The notes beneath the pieces are model-generated. The model worked only from the letters and a program-made list of their open reading frames with translations, ran no database searches and had not been told where the DNA came from. Below are positions 1 through 13,216 of a stretch of DNA of 64,000 bases, piece by piece. Location: positions 14,136,001 through 14,200,000 of the forward strand of contig CM022673.1 in NCBI GenBank assembly GCA_012295275.1. The letters run 5' to 3'. The position numbers and the translations under genes are program-made. Position 1 is the stretch's first letter, and each line of letters opens with the position of its first letter. The stretch comes from Chrysomallon squamiferum. Taxonomy: Eukaryota; Animalia; Mollusca.

Positions 1-3000
1 CTGCCTGATATGCCAGTTGCTCCTGTGTCTCCTTCTTGAGGTGTTCTAGTCTCTGATGTAACAGATATTACTTTACGTGATATACCAGATACTCCTGTGT
101 CAGCTGTACCAGATACTCCTGTATCAGCTGTACCAGATACTCCTGTGCCCGCTATCCCAGATAGTCCTATGTCAGGTGTACCTCTCCCCGATGTTCCAGA
201 TATTACTGTGTCTGCTGTACCAGCTCTTTCTGTCCATGATGTTCCAGATATTCTTGTACCAATGGTATCTGATTTTCCTGTCCCTGGTGAACCAGATATT
301 CCTGTGTCTGCTGCACCAGATATTCCTGTTCTTGATGTACCAGATATTCCCGTGTCTGCTGTACCAGATGTTGCTGTCCATGATATGCCAGATGTTCCTG
401 TTTTAATCGTATCTGATGTTTCTGTTCCTGATCTACCTGATATTCCAGAACCAACAGTACCAGATATTACTGTCCGTGATGTTCCAGATATTCCTGTCCG
501 TGATGTATCCGATATTCCTGTCCCTGATATGCCAGAGATTCCCGTATCAACAGTACCAGATATTACTGTGTCTAGTCCTCCAGGTATTCCAGTCCCTGTT
601 GTGTCAGATATTACTTTACCTGATATCCCAGATACTCCTGTGTCAGCTGTACCAGAGCCTCCTGTGCCAGCTGTCCCAGATAGTCCTATGTCAGGTGTAC
701 CTGACATTCCTCTCCCCGATGTTCCAGATATTATTGTGTCTGCTGTACCAGATCTTTCTGTCCATGATGTTCCAGATATTCTTGTACCAACGGTATCTGA
801 TTTTCCTGTCCCTGATGAACCAGATATTCCTGTGTCTGCTGCACCAGATATTCCTGTCCTTGATGTACCAGATATTCCCGTGTCTGCTGTACCAGATGTT
901 GCTGTCCATGATGTTTCAGACATTCCATGCCTGATATGCCAGTGGCTCCTGTGTTCCTTGTTTCTAGTCTCTGATGTAACAGATGTTTCCGGATGTACCA
1001 GATACTCCTGTGTCAGCTATACCAGATACTCCTGTGCCCGCTATCCCAGATAGTCCTATGTCAGGTGTACCTCTCCCCGATGTTCCAGATATTACTGTGT
1101 CTGCTGTACCAGATCTTTCTGTCCATGATGTTCCAGATATTCTTGTACCAACGGTATCTGATTTTCCTGTCCCTGATGAACCAGATATTCCTGTGTCTGG
1201 TGCACCAGATATTCCTGTCCTTGATGTGCCAGATATTCCCGTGTCTGCTGTACCAGATGTCGCTGTCCATGATGTGCTAGATGTTCTTGTTTTAACCGTA
1301 TCTGATGTTTCTGTTCCCGATCTACCTGATATTCCTGAACCAACAGTGCCAGATATTACTGTCCGTGATGTTTCAGACATTCCTCTGCCTGATATGCCAG
1401 ATCCTGTGTCTCCTTCTTGAGGTGTTCTAGTCTCTAATGTAACAGATATTACTTTACCGGATATACCAGATCCCTGTGTCAGCTGTACCAGATCCCTGTG
1501 TCAGCTGTCCAGATGTCCTGTGCCCGCTATCCCAGATAGTCCTATGTCAGGTGTACCTCTCCGATGTTCCAGATATTACTGTGTCTGCTGTACCAGCTCT
1601 TTCTGTCCATGATGTTCCAGATATTCTTGTACCAACGGTATCTGATTTTCCTGTCCCTGGTGAACCAGATATTCCTGTGTCTGCTGCACCAGATATTCCT
1701 GTCCTTGATGTACCAGATATTCCCGTGTCTGCTGTACCAGATGTTGCTGTCCATGATATGCCAGATGTTCTTGTTTTAACCGTATCTGATGTTTCTGTTC
1801 CTGATCTACCTGATATTCCTGAACCAACAGTACCAGATATTACTGTCCGTGATGTTCCAGATATTCCTGTCCGTGATGTATCCGATATTCCTGTCCCTGA
1901 TATGCCAGAGATTCCCGTATCAACAGTACCAGATATTACTGTGTCTGTTCCTCCAGGTATTCCAGTCCCTGTTGTGTCAGATATTACTTTACCTGATATC
2001 CCAGATACTCCTGTGTCAGCTGTACCAGATACTCCTGTGCCAGCTGTCCCAGATAGTCCTATGTCAGGTGTACCCGACATTCCTCTCCCCGATGTTCCAG
2101 ATATTACTGTGTCTGCTGTACCAGATCTTTCTGTCCATGATGTTCCAGATATTCTTGTACTAACGGTATCTGATTTTCCTGTCCCTGATGAACCAGATAT
2201 TCCCGTGTCTTCTGTACCAGATGTTGCTGTCCATGATGTACCAGATGTTCCCGTTTTAACCGTCTGATGTTTCTGTTCCAGATGTTGCTGTCCATGATGA
2301 TTTTTCAGACATTCCTCTGCCTGATATGCCAGTGGCTCCTGTGTCTCCTTCTTGAGGTGTTCTAGTCTCTGATGTAACAGATATTACTTTACCGGATGTA
2401 CCAGATACTCCTGTGTCAGCTATACCAGATACTCCTGTGCCCGCTATCCCAGATAGTCCTATGTCAGGTGTACCTCTCCCCGATGTTCCAGATATTACTG
2501 TGTCTGCTGTACCAGATCTTTCTGTCCATGATGTTCCAGATATTCTTGTACCAACGGTATCTGATTTTCCTGTCCCTGGTGAACCGGATATTCCTGTGTC
2601 TGGTGCACCAGATATTCCTGTCCGTGATGTGCCAGATATTCCCGTGTCTGCTGTACCAGATGTCGCTGTCCATGATGTGCTAGATGTTCTTGTTTTAACC
2701 GTATCTGATGTTTCTGTTCCCGATCTACCTGATATTCCTGAACCAACAGTGCCAGATATTACTGTCCGTGATGTTTCAGACATTCCTCTGCCTGATATGC
2801 CAGTTGCTCCTGTGTCTCCTTCTTGAGGTGTTCTAGTCTCTGATGTAACAGATATTACTTTACCGGATATACCAGATACTCCTGTGTCAGCTGTACCAGA
2901 TACTCCTGTGTCAGCTGTACCAGATACTCCTGTGCCCGCTATCCCAGATAGTCCTATGTCAGCTGAACCCGACATTCCTCTCCCCGATTTTCCAGATATT

Positions 3001-6000
3001 ACTGTGTCTGCTGTACCAGTTATTTCTGTCCATGATGTTCCAGATATTCTTGTACCAACGGTATCTGATTTTCCTGTCCCTGGTGAACCAGATATTCCTG
3101 GGTCTGCTGCACCAGATATTCCTGTCCTTGATGTACCAGATATTCCCGTGTCTGCTGTACCAGATGTTGCTGTCCATGATATGCCAGATGTTCTTGTTTT
3201 AACCGTATCTGATGTTTCTGTTCCTGATCTACCTGATATTCCTGAACCAACAGTACCAGATATTACTGTCCGTGATGTTTCAGACATTCCTCTGCCTGAT
3301 ATGCCAGTTGCTCCTGTGTCTCCTTCTTGAGGTGTTCTAGTCTCTGATGTAACAGATATTACTTTACGTGATATACCAGATACTCCTGTGTCAGCTGTAC
3401 CAGATACTCCTGTGTCAGCTGTACCAGATACTCCTGTGCCCGCTATCCCAGATAGTCCTATGTCAGGTGTACCTCTCCCCGATGTTCCAGATATTACTGT
3501 GTCTGCTGTACCAGCTCTTTCTGTCCATGATGTTCCAGATATTCTTGTACCAACGGTATCTGATTTTCCTGTCCCTGATGAACCAGATATTCCTGTGTCT
3601 GGTGTCTGCTGCACCAGATATTCCTGTCCTTGATGTACCAGATATTCCTGTCCATGATCTGCTTCTTGTACCAGATGTTGTTCTGTCCATGATGTTTCAG
3701 ACCATTCCTCTGCCCGTGATATCCCAGTGGCCGATATGCCTGTGTCCTCCCTTCTTGAGGTGTTCTAGTCTCTGATGTAACAGATATTACTTTACCGGAT
3801 ATACCAGATACTCCTGTGTCAGCTATACCAGATACTCCTGTGCCCGCTATCCCAGATAGTCCTATGTCAGGTGTACCTCTCCCCGATGTTCCAGATATTA
3901 CTGTGTCTGCTGTACCAGATCTTTCTGTCCATGATGTTCCAGATATTCTTGTACTAACGGTATCTGATTTTCCTGTCCCTGGTGAACCAGATATTCCTGT
4001 GTCTGCTGCACCAGATATTCCTGTCCTTGATGTGCCAGATATTCCCGTGTCTGCTGTACCAGATGTTGCTGTCCATGATATGCCAGATGTTCTTGTTTTA
4101 ACCGTATCTGATGTTTCTGTTCCTGATCTACCTGATATTCCTGAACCAACAGTACCAGATATTACTGTCCGTGATGTTTCAGATATTCCTCTGCCTGATA
4201 TGCCAGTGGCTCCTGTGTCTCCTTCTTGAGGTGTTCTAGTCTCTGATGTGCTAGATATTACTTTACCGGATATACCAGATACTCCTGTGTCAGCTATACC
4301 AGATACTCCTGTGTCAGCTATACCAGATACTCCTGTTCCCGCTATCCCAGATAGTCCTATATCAGGTGTACCTGACATTCCTCTCCACGATGTTCCAGAT
4401 ATTACTGTGTCTCCTGTACCAGATCTTTCTGTCCATGATGTTCCAGATATTCTTGTACCAACGGTATCTGATTTTCCTGTCCCTGATGAACCAGATATTC
4501 CTGTGTCTGGTGCACCAGATATTCCTGTCCGTGATGTGCCAGATATTCCCGTGTCTGCTGTACCAGATGTCGCTGTCCATGATGTGCTAGATGTTCTTGT
4601 TTTAACCGTATCTGATGTTTCTGTTCCGGATCTACCTGATATTCCTGAACCAACAGTACCAGATATTACTGTCCGTGATGTTTCAGATATTCCTCTGCCT
4701 GATATGCCAGTGGCTCCTGTGTCTCCTTCTTGAGGTGTTCTAGTCTCTGATGTGCTAGATATTACTTTACCGGATATACCAGATACTCCTGTGTCAGCTA
4801 TACCAGATACTCCTGTGTCAGCTATACCAGATACTCCTGTTCCCGCTATCCCAGATAGTCCTATATCAGGTGTACCTGACATTCCTCTCCACGATGTTCC
4901 AGATATTACTGTGTCTCCTGTACCAGATCTTTCTGTCCATGATGTTCCAGATATTCTTGTACCAACGGTATCTGATTTTCCTGTCTCTGATGAACCAGAT
5001 ATTCCTGTGTCTGGTGCACCAGACATTGCTGTCTTTGATGTGGCAGATATTGCTCTGTCTCCTGTACCAGATGTTGTTGTCCATGATGTGCCAGTTATTC
5101 TTTTATTAACCGTATCTGATTTTCCTGTACCTGATGTACCAGATATTCCTCTGTCTGCTGCACGAGATATTCCTGTCGTTGATGTGCCAGATATTCCTAT
5201 GTCTGCTCTTCCAGATGTTGCTGTCCATGATGTGCCAGATATTCTTGTATTGATTGAATCTGATGTTGCTGTTTCTGATCTACCTGATATTCCTGAACCA
5301 TCCGTACCAGATATTACTGTCCGTGATGTTTCAGATATTCCTGTGCCTGATGTGCCAGATATTCCTGTGTCTGCTTCTTGAGGTGTTCTAGTCTCTGATG
5401 TAACATATATTACTTTACGTGATATACCAGATACTCCTGTGTCAGCTGTACCAGATACTCCTGTGCCAGCTGTCCCAGATAGTCCTATGTCAGGTGTACC
5501 TCTCCCCGATGTTCCAGATATTACTGTGTCTGCTGTACTAGATCTTTCTATCCATGTTGTTCCAGATATTCTTTTGTTAACGGTATCTGATTTTCCTGTC
5601 CCTGATGTACTAGATATTCCTGTGTCTGCTGTACCAGATGTTGCTGTCCATGATATGCCAGATTTTCTTGTTTTAACCGTATCTGATGTTTCTGTTCCTG
5701 CTCTACCTGATATTCCTGAACCAACAGTACCAGATATTACTGTCCGTGATGTTTCAGATGTTCCTGTGCCTGATTTGTCAGATATTCCTGTGTCTGCTCC
5801 TTGAGACATTCCAGTCCCGGCTGTAACAGATATTACTTTCCCTGATGTACCAGCTATTCCTGTGTCAACTATTCCAGATACTCGTTTGTCAGGTCTACCT
5901 GACATTCCTGTCTCTGATGTCCCAGTTATTACTTTGCCTGATGTACCATTTGTTAGTGTGCGAGATTCACCAGATTTTCCTGCTTTGATAGTATCAGATA

Positions 6001-6750
6001 TTCTTGTCGATGAGGTTACTGAATCAACAGTACCAGATATTCCTTTCCCTGATATGCCAGATATTCCTGTGTCAGCTATACCAGATACTCCTGTGCCAGC
6101 TATCCCAGATAGTCCTATGTCAGGTGTACCTCTCCCCGATGTTCCAGATATTACTGTGTCTGCTGTACCAGATCTTTCTGTCCATGATGTTCTAGATATT
6201 CTTGTACCAACGGTATCTGATTTTCCTGTCCCTGATGTACCAGATATTCTTCTGTCTGCTGCACCAGATATTCCTGTCCTTGATGTGCCAGAAATTCCTG
6301 TGTCTCCTGTACCAGATGTTGCTGTCCATGATGTGGCAGATATTCTTGTATTAACGGTTTCTGATTTTCCTGTCCTTGATGTACCAGATATTTCTCTGTC
6401 TGCTGTACCAGATATTCCTGTCCTTGTTGTCCCAGATATTCCTGTGTCTCCTGTACCAGATGTTGCTGTCCATGATGTGCCAGATATTCCTGTATCTGCT
6501 GTACCAAATATTCCTGTCCCTGATGTACCAAATATTCGTGTAACAACCGCAGCAGGTGTTCCTGTTCTTGTACCAGATGTTCCTGTTCTTGTAATATTCA
6601 ATGTTCCTGTTCCTGTAGTATTAGATGTTCTTGCTCCTATAATAGCAGAGTTTCCTGTTCCTGTTGAATCCGATGTTCCTTTTCCTATAGTATCCGACAT
6701 TCTTGTTCCTGTAATATTAGATGTTCCCGTATCTGAAGTATCAGTCTTAG
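1..6750 (-). CDS. Giant Thr/Gly/Ser-rich octapeptide-repeat exon (mucin/proteoglycan-like secreted protein), runs off the window start
   Basis: A polypyrimidine tract plus cag acceptor lies at 6751+ (minus: ttttttattttgcag|CT AAG ACT GAT = (A)KTD, phase 1). The frame AKTDTSDTGTSNITG...(TGISGTSG/TGISGTAD)n is open for ~1000 codons and resumes in ORFs 2256-3614, 1547-2080 and 964-1380. The basic unit is 24 bp, with 471/504/648-bp higher-order units (all multiples of 3). Frame breaks occur only in short scrambled patches near 930-990, 1400-1560, 2262-2300 and 3600-3750. Confidence 0.75.
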
Positions 6751-8037
6751 CTGCAAAATAAAAAATAAAAAAAATTAGAACGTGCGTGTGTTCATGCATG
6801 AATACCTATATTTATGTATATTATATATGTAAAATGTATTGATGCATGTGTATGTATATATGTATGTATACATTTAGGATTTTGAATATTCTCTGTCTTA
6901 TGTACGTCTGAGTAAACTCAGCACATAGACAATATTCGGAAATGCACTGGCACAGGAGGATAAAGTCCAATCAAGACCTCACAAATCCGTGAGATACCGC
7001 TGACGAAACTCAATGGTCTGACACCCCATTCGCCAACACTCCGAAGGCGGACGATGTTACCGTTCGGTCATCGAGATTATCTTTAAAAAAGTTGCTGAAT
7101 AACCGAGGGTAATCATCGCCTCCCATGAAGCACGCCGTTCTTTTGTCTTTCGTCATTTTTGCGTGAATCTGTTTTTTGTGGGAAACCTGGCACTGGCAAG
7201 TATGTAGTTTTAGGATTTTGAATATTCTCTGTTTTATGTACGTCTGAATAGACTGTGCATGTAGATAAGATTCAGAAACGCATTGGCACGCGAGGACAAA
7301 GTCCAATCACGATCTCCCAAACCCGTCATGTATGTATGTATTTATGTATATATATATATGTGAATGTATGTATGTATGTATGTATGTATGTATGTATGTA
7401 TGTATGTATGTATGTATGTATGTATGTATGTATGTATGTATGTATGTATGTATGTATGTGTATTTATATATGTGTATTTGTGTATGTATATATGTATCTA
7501 TGAATGTATGTACTAAATAAATTAATATAATACTGGTACCGAATCATTTATCAGGATTTTAGAAATCCGAAAAATCCAGGAAACTAGATAATTTTTTTTT
7601 CTTTTTTTTCCCCCTGTAGTTCGTCATTCGGCTGTATTGTTCTAGTTTTAGCGACGTACGCATTAACGGATGCCAGTTTATATGAGTTATTTAGAAAGAC
7701 ATTTAAGCGTATTAAGAAATACATTAATTTGTAGCCTACATGTGTCTTTTAAATAAAAATTATGTTCTTTACTTTTCTTACTGGATATTTTACAATGTAT
7801 TCTATTAAGGTATTAATAAAGATCAAACAGACCTTGCTTTAAGAGTGCGTTGACTTGTGTCTGTTAAATACAGTTTATTTTTTTATTTTTCACTGTTTAT
7901 TTTATATTTTAAGTAAAGATGTAGCTTGTCTCCAGAAACCCGGTTCACCTCGGGCCCAAGCTTGAAGTATAAATGGTTCGGTACCTGAATAGTGTAATCT
8001 AACCTAAGTATGCCTGTTTGATTGGTGCCGTCATTAC

Positions 8038-8214
8038 CAGTTTGTGTGTCCGTTTGAACCTTACCGTCCTTACCAATGAATGTGCCTGCTTGAGCGGTGT
8101 AAGCTGTATCTGTGCCTGCTTGTGGTTTGCGGCCATTATCACCGTCTCTGCCTTCATGTGTCATGTAGCCATTGCCAGGAGCTACTGTTGTCGTTGATAC
8201 ACCGGAACCGATAG
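8038..8214 (-). CDS. Internal coding exon of the Thr/Gly-rich secreted protein gene (3' boundary uncertain)
   Basis: Acceptor taccag| at 8215, phase 1, reading (P)IGSGVSTTTVAPGNGYMTHEGRDGDNGRKPQAGTDTAYTAQAGTFIG... Three in-phase donor candidates: G|gtaagg (exon end 8074 or 8065) and G|gtaatg (8038). The frame also reads through to a stop at 7883. Confidence 0.6.
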
Positions 8215-8320
8215 CTGGTAATTACAAAATAACAGGATCACTGTTAGTTTTCATACAAACCAAGATTTTTTATTTAATTATCCTAATAAATTTTTATTCT
8301 ACAGTTTACTTATTTAGTGC

Positions 8321-8393
<73 letters not shown>

Positions 8394-8424
8394 AATCGTC
8401 TATTACCTTTAATCTTTTGCTCTC

Positions 8425-8505
<81 letters not shown>

Positions 8506-8935
8506 ATATTTGCTTTGATTTTCGATCATTCTCTACTTTAAAATTTTCATATCTGAAACTTTTTTTTTCCAAAACAAACGCAAAGGAATTTTGATGATAA
8601 AGTACAGTTTGAAATTCCTGTCTTTCCCGCCATTTCTTTACAATCCCCTGTTATTTTTATTTTTATTTCTATTTCTATTTTATTTCATTATAAAACAATA
8701 TTCAGTATTTAGATATTGTTCATGTTTCATAATTGTTGAAGGGACAGTAGCTTCAGTAGTAGCAGTAGTTGTTGTATCAGAAGTAAAAGTAATAGTAATA
8801 CTCTCTGTTGTAGCAGTAGCTATATTTATAATAGTAATATTAATAATAATTATAATATGGTAGTAGTGGTAGTAGTAGTAGAAGTAGTAGTAGTACTAGT
8901 AATAGTATAGCAGTAGAATTAGTAGTAGTAGTAGC

Positions 8936-8979
<44 letters not shown>

Positions 8980-9007
8980 CAGCCGTGTAAAGCAGATAGT
9001 AACTTAC

Positions 9008-9068
9008 GTAACAGTCTACAATCGTTGATCACGCATAAAAAACATGTCAGTGACAGAAGTGTTGTCAT
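9008..9068 (-). CDS. Signal-peptide exon MTTLLSLTCFLCVINDCRLL of the repeat-protein gene
   Basis: Acceptor tttgtttcag| at 9074, ATG at 9068, 20 codons + 1 nt, then a perfect gtaagt donor at 9007. Phase 1 matches the acceptor at 8215 (C+CT = Pro). Confidence 0.65.
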
Positions 9069-9267
9069 GTTCACTGAAACAAACAAAACAATAATAATAA
9101 TAATAATAACACTAATAATAATAAATAAACAAATAAATTAATGAAAATAAAATTAATAATAATAATAATAATATTAAATATGTAATGAACAACATGAAAT
9201 CTCTAAAAACACATTCGTTAGTTTAGAAATGTATTTATTATCACTAAAATGTTTACACACACAAACA

Positions 9268-9312
<45 letters not shown>

Positions 9313-9638
9313 ATACACTTGTCAGACAACACACTTGCCTGTATCTATTACGATGAATGTTTGTATAATAACGTAAACTAATTGCACTGCACACTTATAA
9401 GTATTAACAGGAATAAAAATATATAACCGTTTGAAAAGTGACATGAGAAATAGAGTTGATTCAACATCGCTGTGTTTGGGCGGGTTTGTTTCCCATGCTA
9501 TCACGTGACATAAAGCATTATTCAAGCTGCTTTTTTTCGAGCTCTGCTAAGTAATAAATGCGATTTCTTATCTCTTGCGAAAGTAAATAAATTATGATGG
9601 TGATGATGATGATAATGATAATGACAATAATAATGGTG

Positions 9639-9669
<31 letters not shown>

Positions 9670-9678
<9 letters not shown>

Positions 9679-9920
9679 TTATATTTATGTGCATACTTGT
9701 GCATATGTGTGTGAATGCGTGCGTGCGTGTGTGTGTGTTGTTTTTAAAAATGTTGCATCGTTTTAATGTAAGTATATAGACAAGGATGCTGATAACAAAA
9801 TGTGTCAGAAATTTGTTTTACCACAAGATGGATTACATCAAGTACACTAGCAAGTAATTAAACACTTAAAAGTAATATCTTCCTTTTCTGTTCTGACAAA
9901 TGCACATAGTAGTAGTAGTA

Positions 9921-9992
<72 letters not shown>

Positions 9993-10258
9993 GTAATAAT
10001 GTATCTTTATATGTATACTAGTGCATATGTGTGTGAGTGCGTGCGTGCGTGTGTGTGTGTTGTTTTTAAAAATGTTGCCTCGTTTTAACGTAAGTACATA
10101 GACAAGGATGTTGATAACAAAATGTGTCAGAAATTTGTTTTACCACAAGATGGATTACGTCAAGTACACTAGCAGGTAATTAAACACTTAAAAGTAATAT
10201 CTTCCTTTTCTGTTCTGACACATGCATATAGTGGTAGTAGTAGTAGTAGTTGTAGTAG

Positions 10259-10290
<32 letters not shown>

Positions 10291-10532
10291 GTAATAATTT
10301 ATCTTTATATGTATACTTGTGCATATGTGTGAGTGCATGCGTGTGTGTGTGTGTGTGAGTGTGTTATTTTTAGAAATGTTGCCTCGTTTTAACGTAACTA
10401 CATAGACAAGGATGTTGATAACAAAATGTGTCAGAAGTTTGTTTTACCACAAGATGGATTACGTCAAGTACACTAGCAGGTAATTAAACACTTAAAAGTA
10501 ATATCTTCCTTTTCTGTTCTGACAAATGCACA

Positions 10533-10540
<8 letters not shown>
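9670..10540. repeat. Three tandem copies of a ~240-bp unit separated by (TAG)n/(TAA)n tracts
   Basis: gacaaggatg(c/t)tgataacaaaatgtgtcagaa...cttccttttctgttctgaca recurs at ~9779, ~10101 and ~10405. Confidence 0.9.
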
Positions 10541-10591
<51 letters not shown>

Positions 10592-10994
10592 ATAATAATA
10601 ATAATAATAACAATAACAACAATAATAATAGTACACTAATAATAACAACAACATTAATAATAATAATAATAGTACACTAATAATAACAACAACATTAATA
10701 ATAATATAACAGTAACAAAAACAATAACAATAATAATAATAATAAGTATGTATGTATTTGTTTTTTTAAGATTTATATATTCTTTGTCTTATGTACCTAT
10801 GTATGTACGAGTGTATGTATATATATATATATATTTTGTATGTATGTATGTAGTATGTATGTAGTATGTATGTATGTATGTGTGTATGTATGTATGTATG
10901 TGTGTAAGAATTGAAAAATGCACTGGCACAGGAATATGTGAGTCTCTGTCTGTCAGTGTTTGTGTGTCTATTTATATATAATTCCACAACTTAC

Positions 10995-11059
10995 CTTAAT
11001 ATCTATGTGTACCTGAAGATAGCGCTAAGAAAAATGAATTATCTCCAAAATCTTTTATA
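10995..11059 (-). promoter_or_regulatory. Putative TATA box and short non-coding first exon of the repeat-protein gene
   Basis: Minus strand reads TATAAAAG at ~11052-11059 and, ~60 nt downstream, a consensus AAG|gtaagt donor at 10994. The signal exon at 9073 begins with an acceptor, so an upstream 5'UTR exon is needed. Confidence 0.4.
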
Positions 11060-11414
11060 GGTAATAAAGTAAAGACTTTATGTCGGCGTGTACGACCAAT
11101 GCAAGCCCCACCTAGCACTGCACGCGCCGGTGTCAGGTATGTTATAGATTTACAGCAACTACGGATAATTATACATGTGCCGTGCAATTAATTTACATTA
11201 TTTGACAAACAGTCATCGTAATAGATGTTGGCAAGTGTGTTGTTGTCTGACAAGTGTATCTGTTTATGTATGTGTGTGGGTGTGTGTGTGTGTGTGTGTG
11301 TGGGTGTGTGGGTGTCTGTGTGTTTGTGTGTGTATAAACATTTTAGTGATAATAAATACATTTCTATACTAACGAACGTGGTTTTAGAGATTTCGTATTG
11401 TTCATTACATGTTG

Positions 11415-11488
<74 letters not shown>

Positions 11489-11519
11489 TTTTATCTTAAA
11501 GGTATATTCTTTTGTTTCA

Positions 11520-11609
<90 letters not shown>

Positions 11610-11791
11610 ATATTTAAATATGTTTCTATTGCAGATTACCTAGCAGAAACATTTCTTCATAACACTTCATGTGGATCATTTCCCGTTGTAACCATTGCCT
11701 CGAAGGATAAAACTCCAATAAAAATTACTTTTACTAATTTCTATTCAAGTTCACGTTGATGTAGCCTCTACAGAGTTATTTCCCTTTAGTA

Positions 11792-11822
<31 letters not shown>

Positions 11823-11921
11823 TTTTTATTACTTTTTAAAAAATTTAAACAACTTAAATTTTACGATATAATGACGAACGGGCGATCTTTGTTTGTTTGA
11901 TGGTTTTTTTCTCTCTTTCTT

Positions 11922-11966
<45 letters not shown>

Positions 11967-12399
11967 CATTGGATATATTAAATAAATAAATAAATAAAGA
12001 GTAAAGAAACGAACAATGAAAGATGAAAGTCACTGAATTTCAGAATGTAGCAATTAAAAACTTATTTTATTTATTTATCATAATATTTTTTAAATATGAT
12101 AAGAGTAACCACAAAATAATAAAATACGTATAAAACTGAAAAGAAAAAAAAAAAAAAAACACTGTGATAATTTTTGATATTTTATTTTTAGAAATTTTAT
12201 AAAATCCCACATCTCCTGCTGTACCTACATTCCATTTTCTGAAATAAATAAACAAAAAATGTATATCCTCTCCATTTTCTTTAAAAATAATTTACTTTTC
12301 CATAAACATAAAAATATATCTAATAATTACATTCTGTTATTAATCTCTTGAATCCTAATTATTTTGTTTATTGGTGAACTTTAAATAATGTCAGAACAA

Positions 12400-13110
12400 A
12401 ATTAACAACACCTAGAACAATAATAATAACAACAACAATGACAACAACAGCAACACCAGTAATAACAATAACAGAGCATCTATGGTAACAATAACAACAC
12501 TTAATGTTAATAGTAACAACAATACCTAAAATAATAACAAAAACAAACAACAACACCTATACCTACAATAGCATGACTTATTATAACAATAACAACAAAC
12601 ATATACTAAAAACAACAAGACTTATAATAACAACACCTATTATAACAATAGCAACACCTATAATAACAAGAACAAGACCTATTTAACAATATCAACAACA
12701 CCTATAATAACAATAATAAAATGTGTTATAAAAACATCTATAGCAATAACAACACCTATAATGACAATAACAAGACATATTTAACAATATAAACAACACC
12801 TAGAATAACAATAATAAAATATGTTATAACAACATCTACAGCAATAACAACAACTTTAATAATTACAATAACAACTATTATAGCAATAACTATATTTCAA
12901 TAACAGCAACACTTATAATAACAATAACAATAACACATAAATAACAGTAACAACAATAACTATGAACACTATATTAATAATAACAACTATAATAACAATA
13001 ACAGAACACCTATATTAATAATAACAACAATACCTAATATTAAAAGTAACAACAATACCTAAAATGACAATAACACGTCCTATAATAACAGTATCGATAA
13101 TAACAATAAT
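12400..13110. repeat. Degenerate AAC/AAT-rich minisatellite (aataacaacacctat-like)
   Basis: Recurrent acacctataataacaa / aataacaacaac motifs; no credible ORF. Confidence 0.7.
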
Positions 13111-13216
13111 AAAAGCAATTTACGCAATACCAGTAATGATGCTGATACTGATGATTATGATGATGATGATTATTGTGATGATGATGATGATAATACACAG
13201 ACACTATTACCTGTAC

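Larger units (their letters stand above)
9180..11410. repeat. Inverted repeat, arms ~9180-9395 and ~11175-11410
   Basis: 9180 tgtaatgaacaacatgaaatctctaaaa...cttgtcagacaacacacttgcc...taattgcactgcac is the diverged reverse complement of 11175 gtgccgtgcaatta...ggcaagtgtgttgttgtctgacaag...ttttagagatttcgtattgttcattaca. Confidence 0.8.

Noticed and set aside
172-6546. QEYLVHQG- and RNIWY-type minus-strand ORFs and MFQILLC plus-strand ORFs
   Set aside because: They are alternative frames of the 24-bp repeat, interrupted by frequent stops.
97-6761. Plus-strand Pro/Asp/Val-rich (PDIPVSAV)n ORFs resembling calphotin, with a recurrent in-frame TGA suggestive of selenocysteine/read-through
   Set aside because: This frame shares wobble positions with the minus-strand frame, so it is the expected antisense shadow. 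The TGA is the complement of a Pro-Gln (CCT CAA) junction once per higher-order unit. The minus strand has no such stops and has a proper acceptor and signal exons.
10996-11187. 63-aa minus ORF (CCKSITYLTPARAVLGGAC...) as a coding exon
   Set aside because: It has no convincing start or donor in frame and overlaps a better-supported TATA/5'UTR exon interpretation.
11924-11966. 43-nt poly(T) as a retroposon tail
   Set aside because: No recognisable element body or target-site duplication, and homopolymers are common throughout the window.
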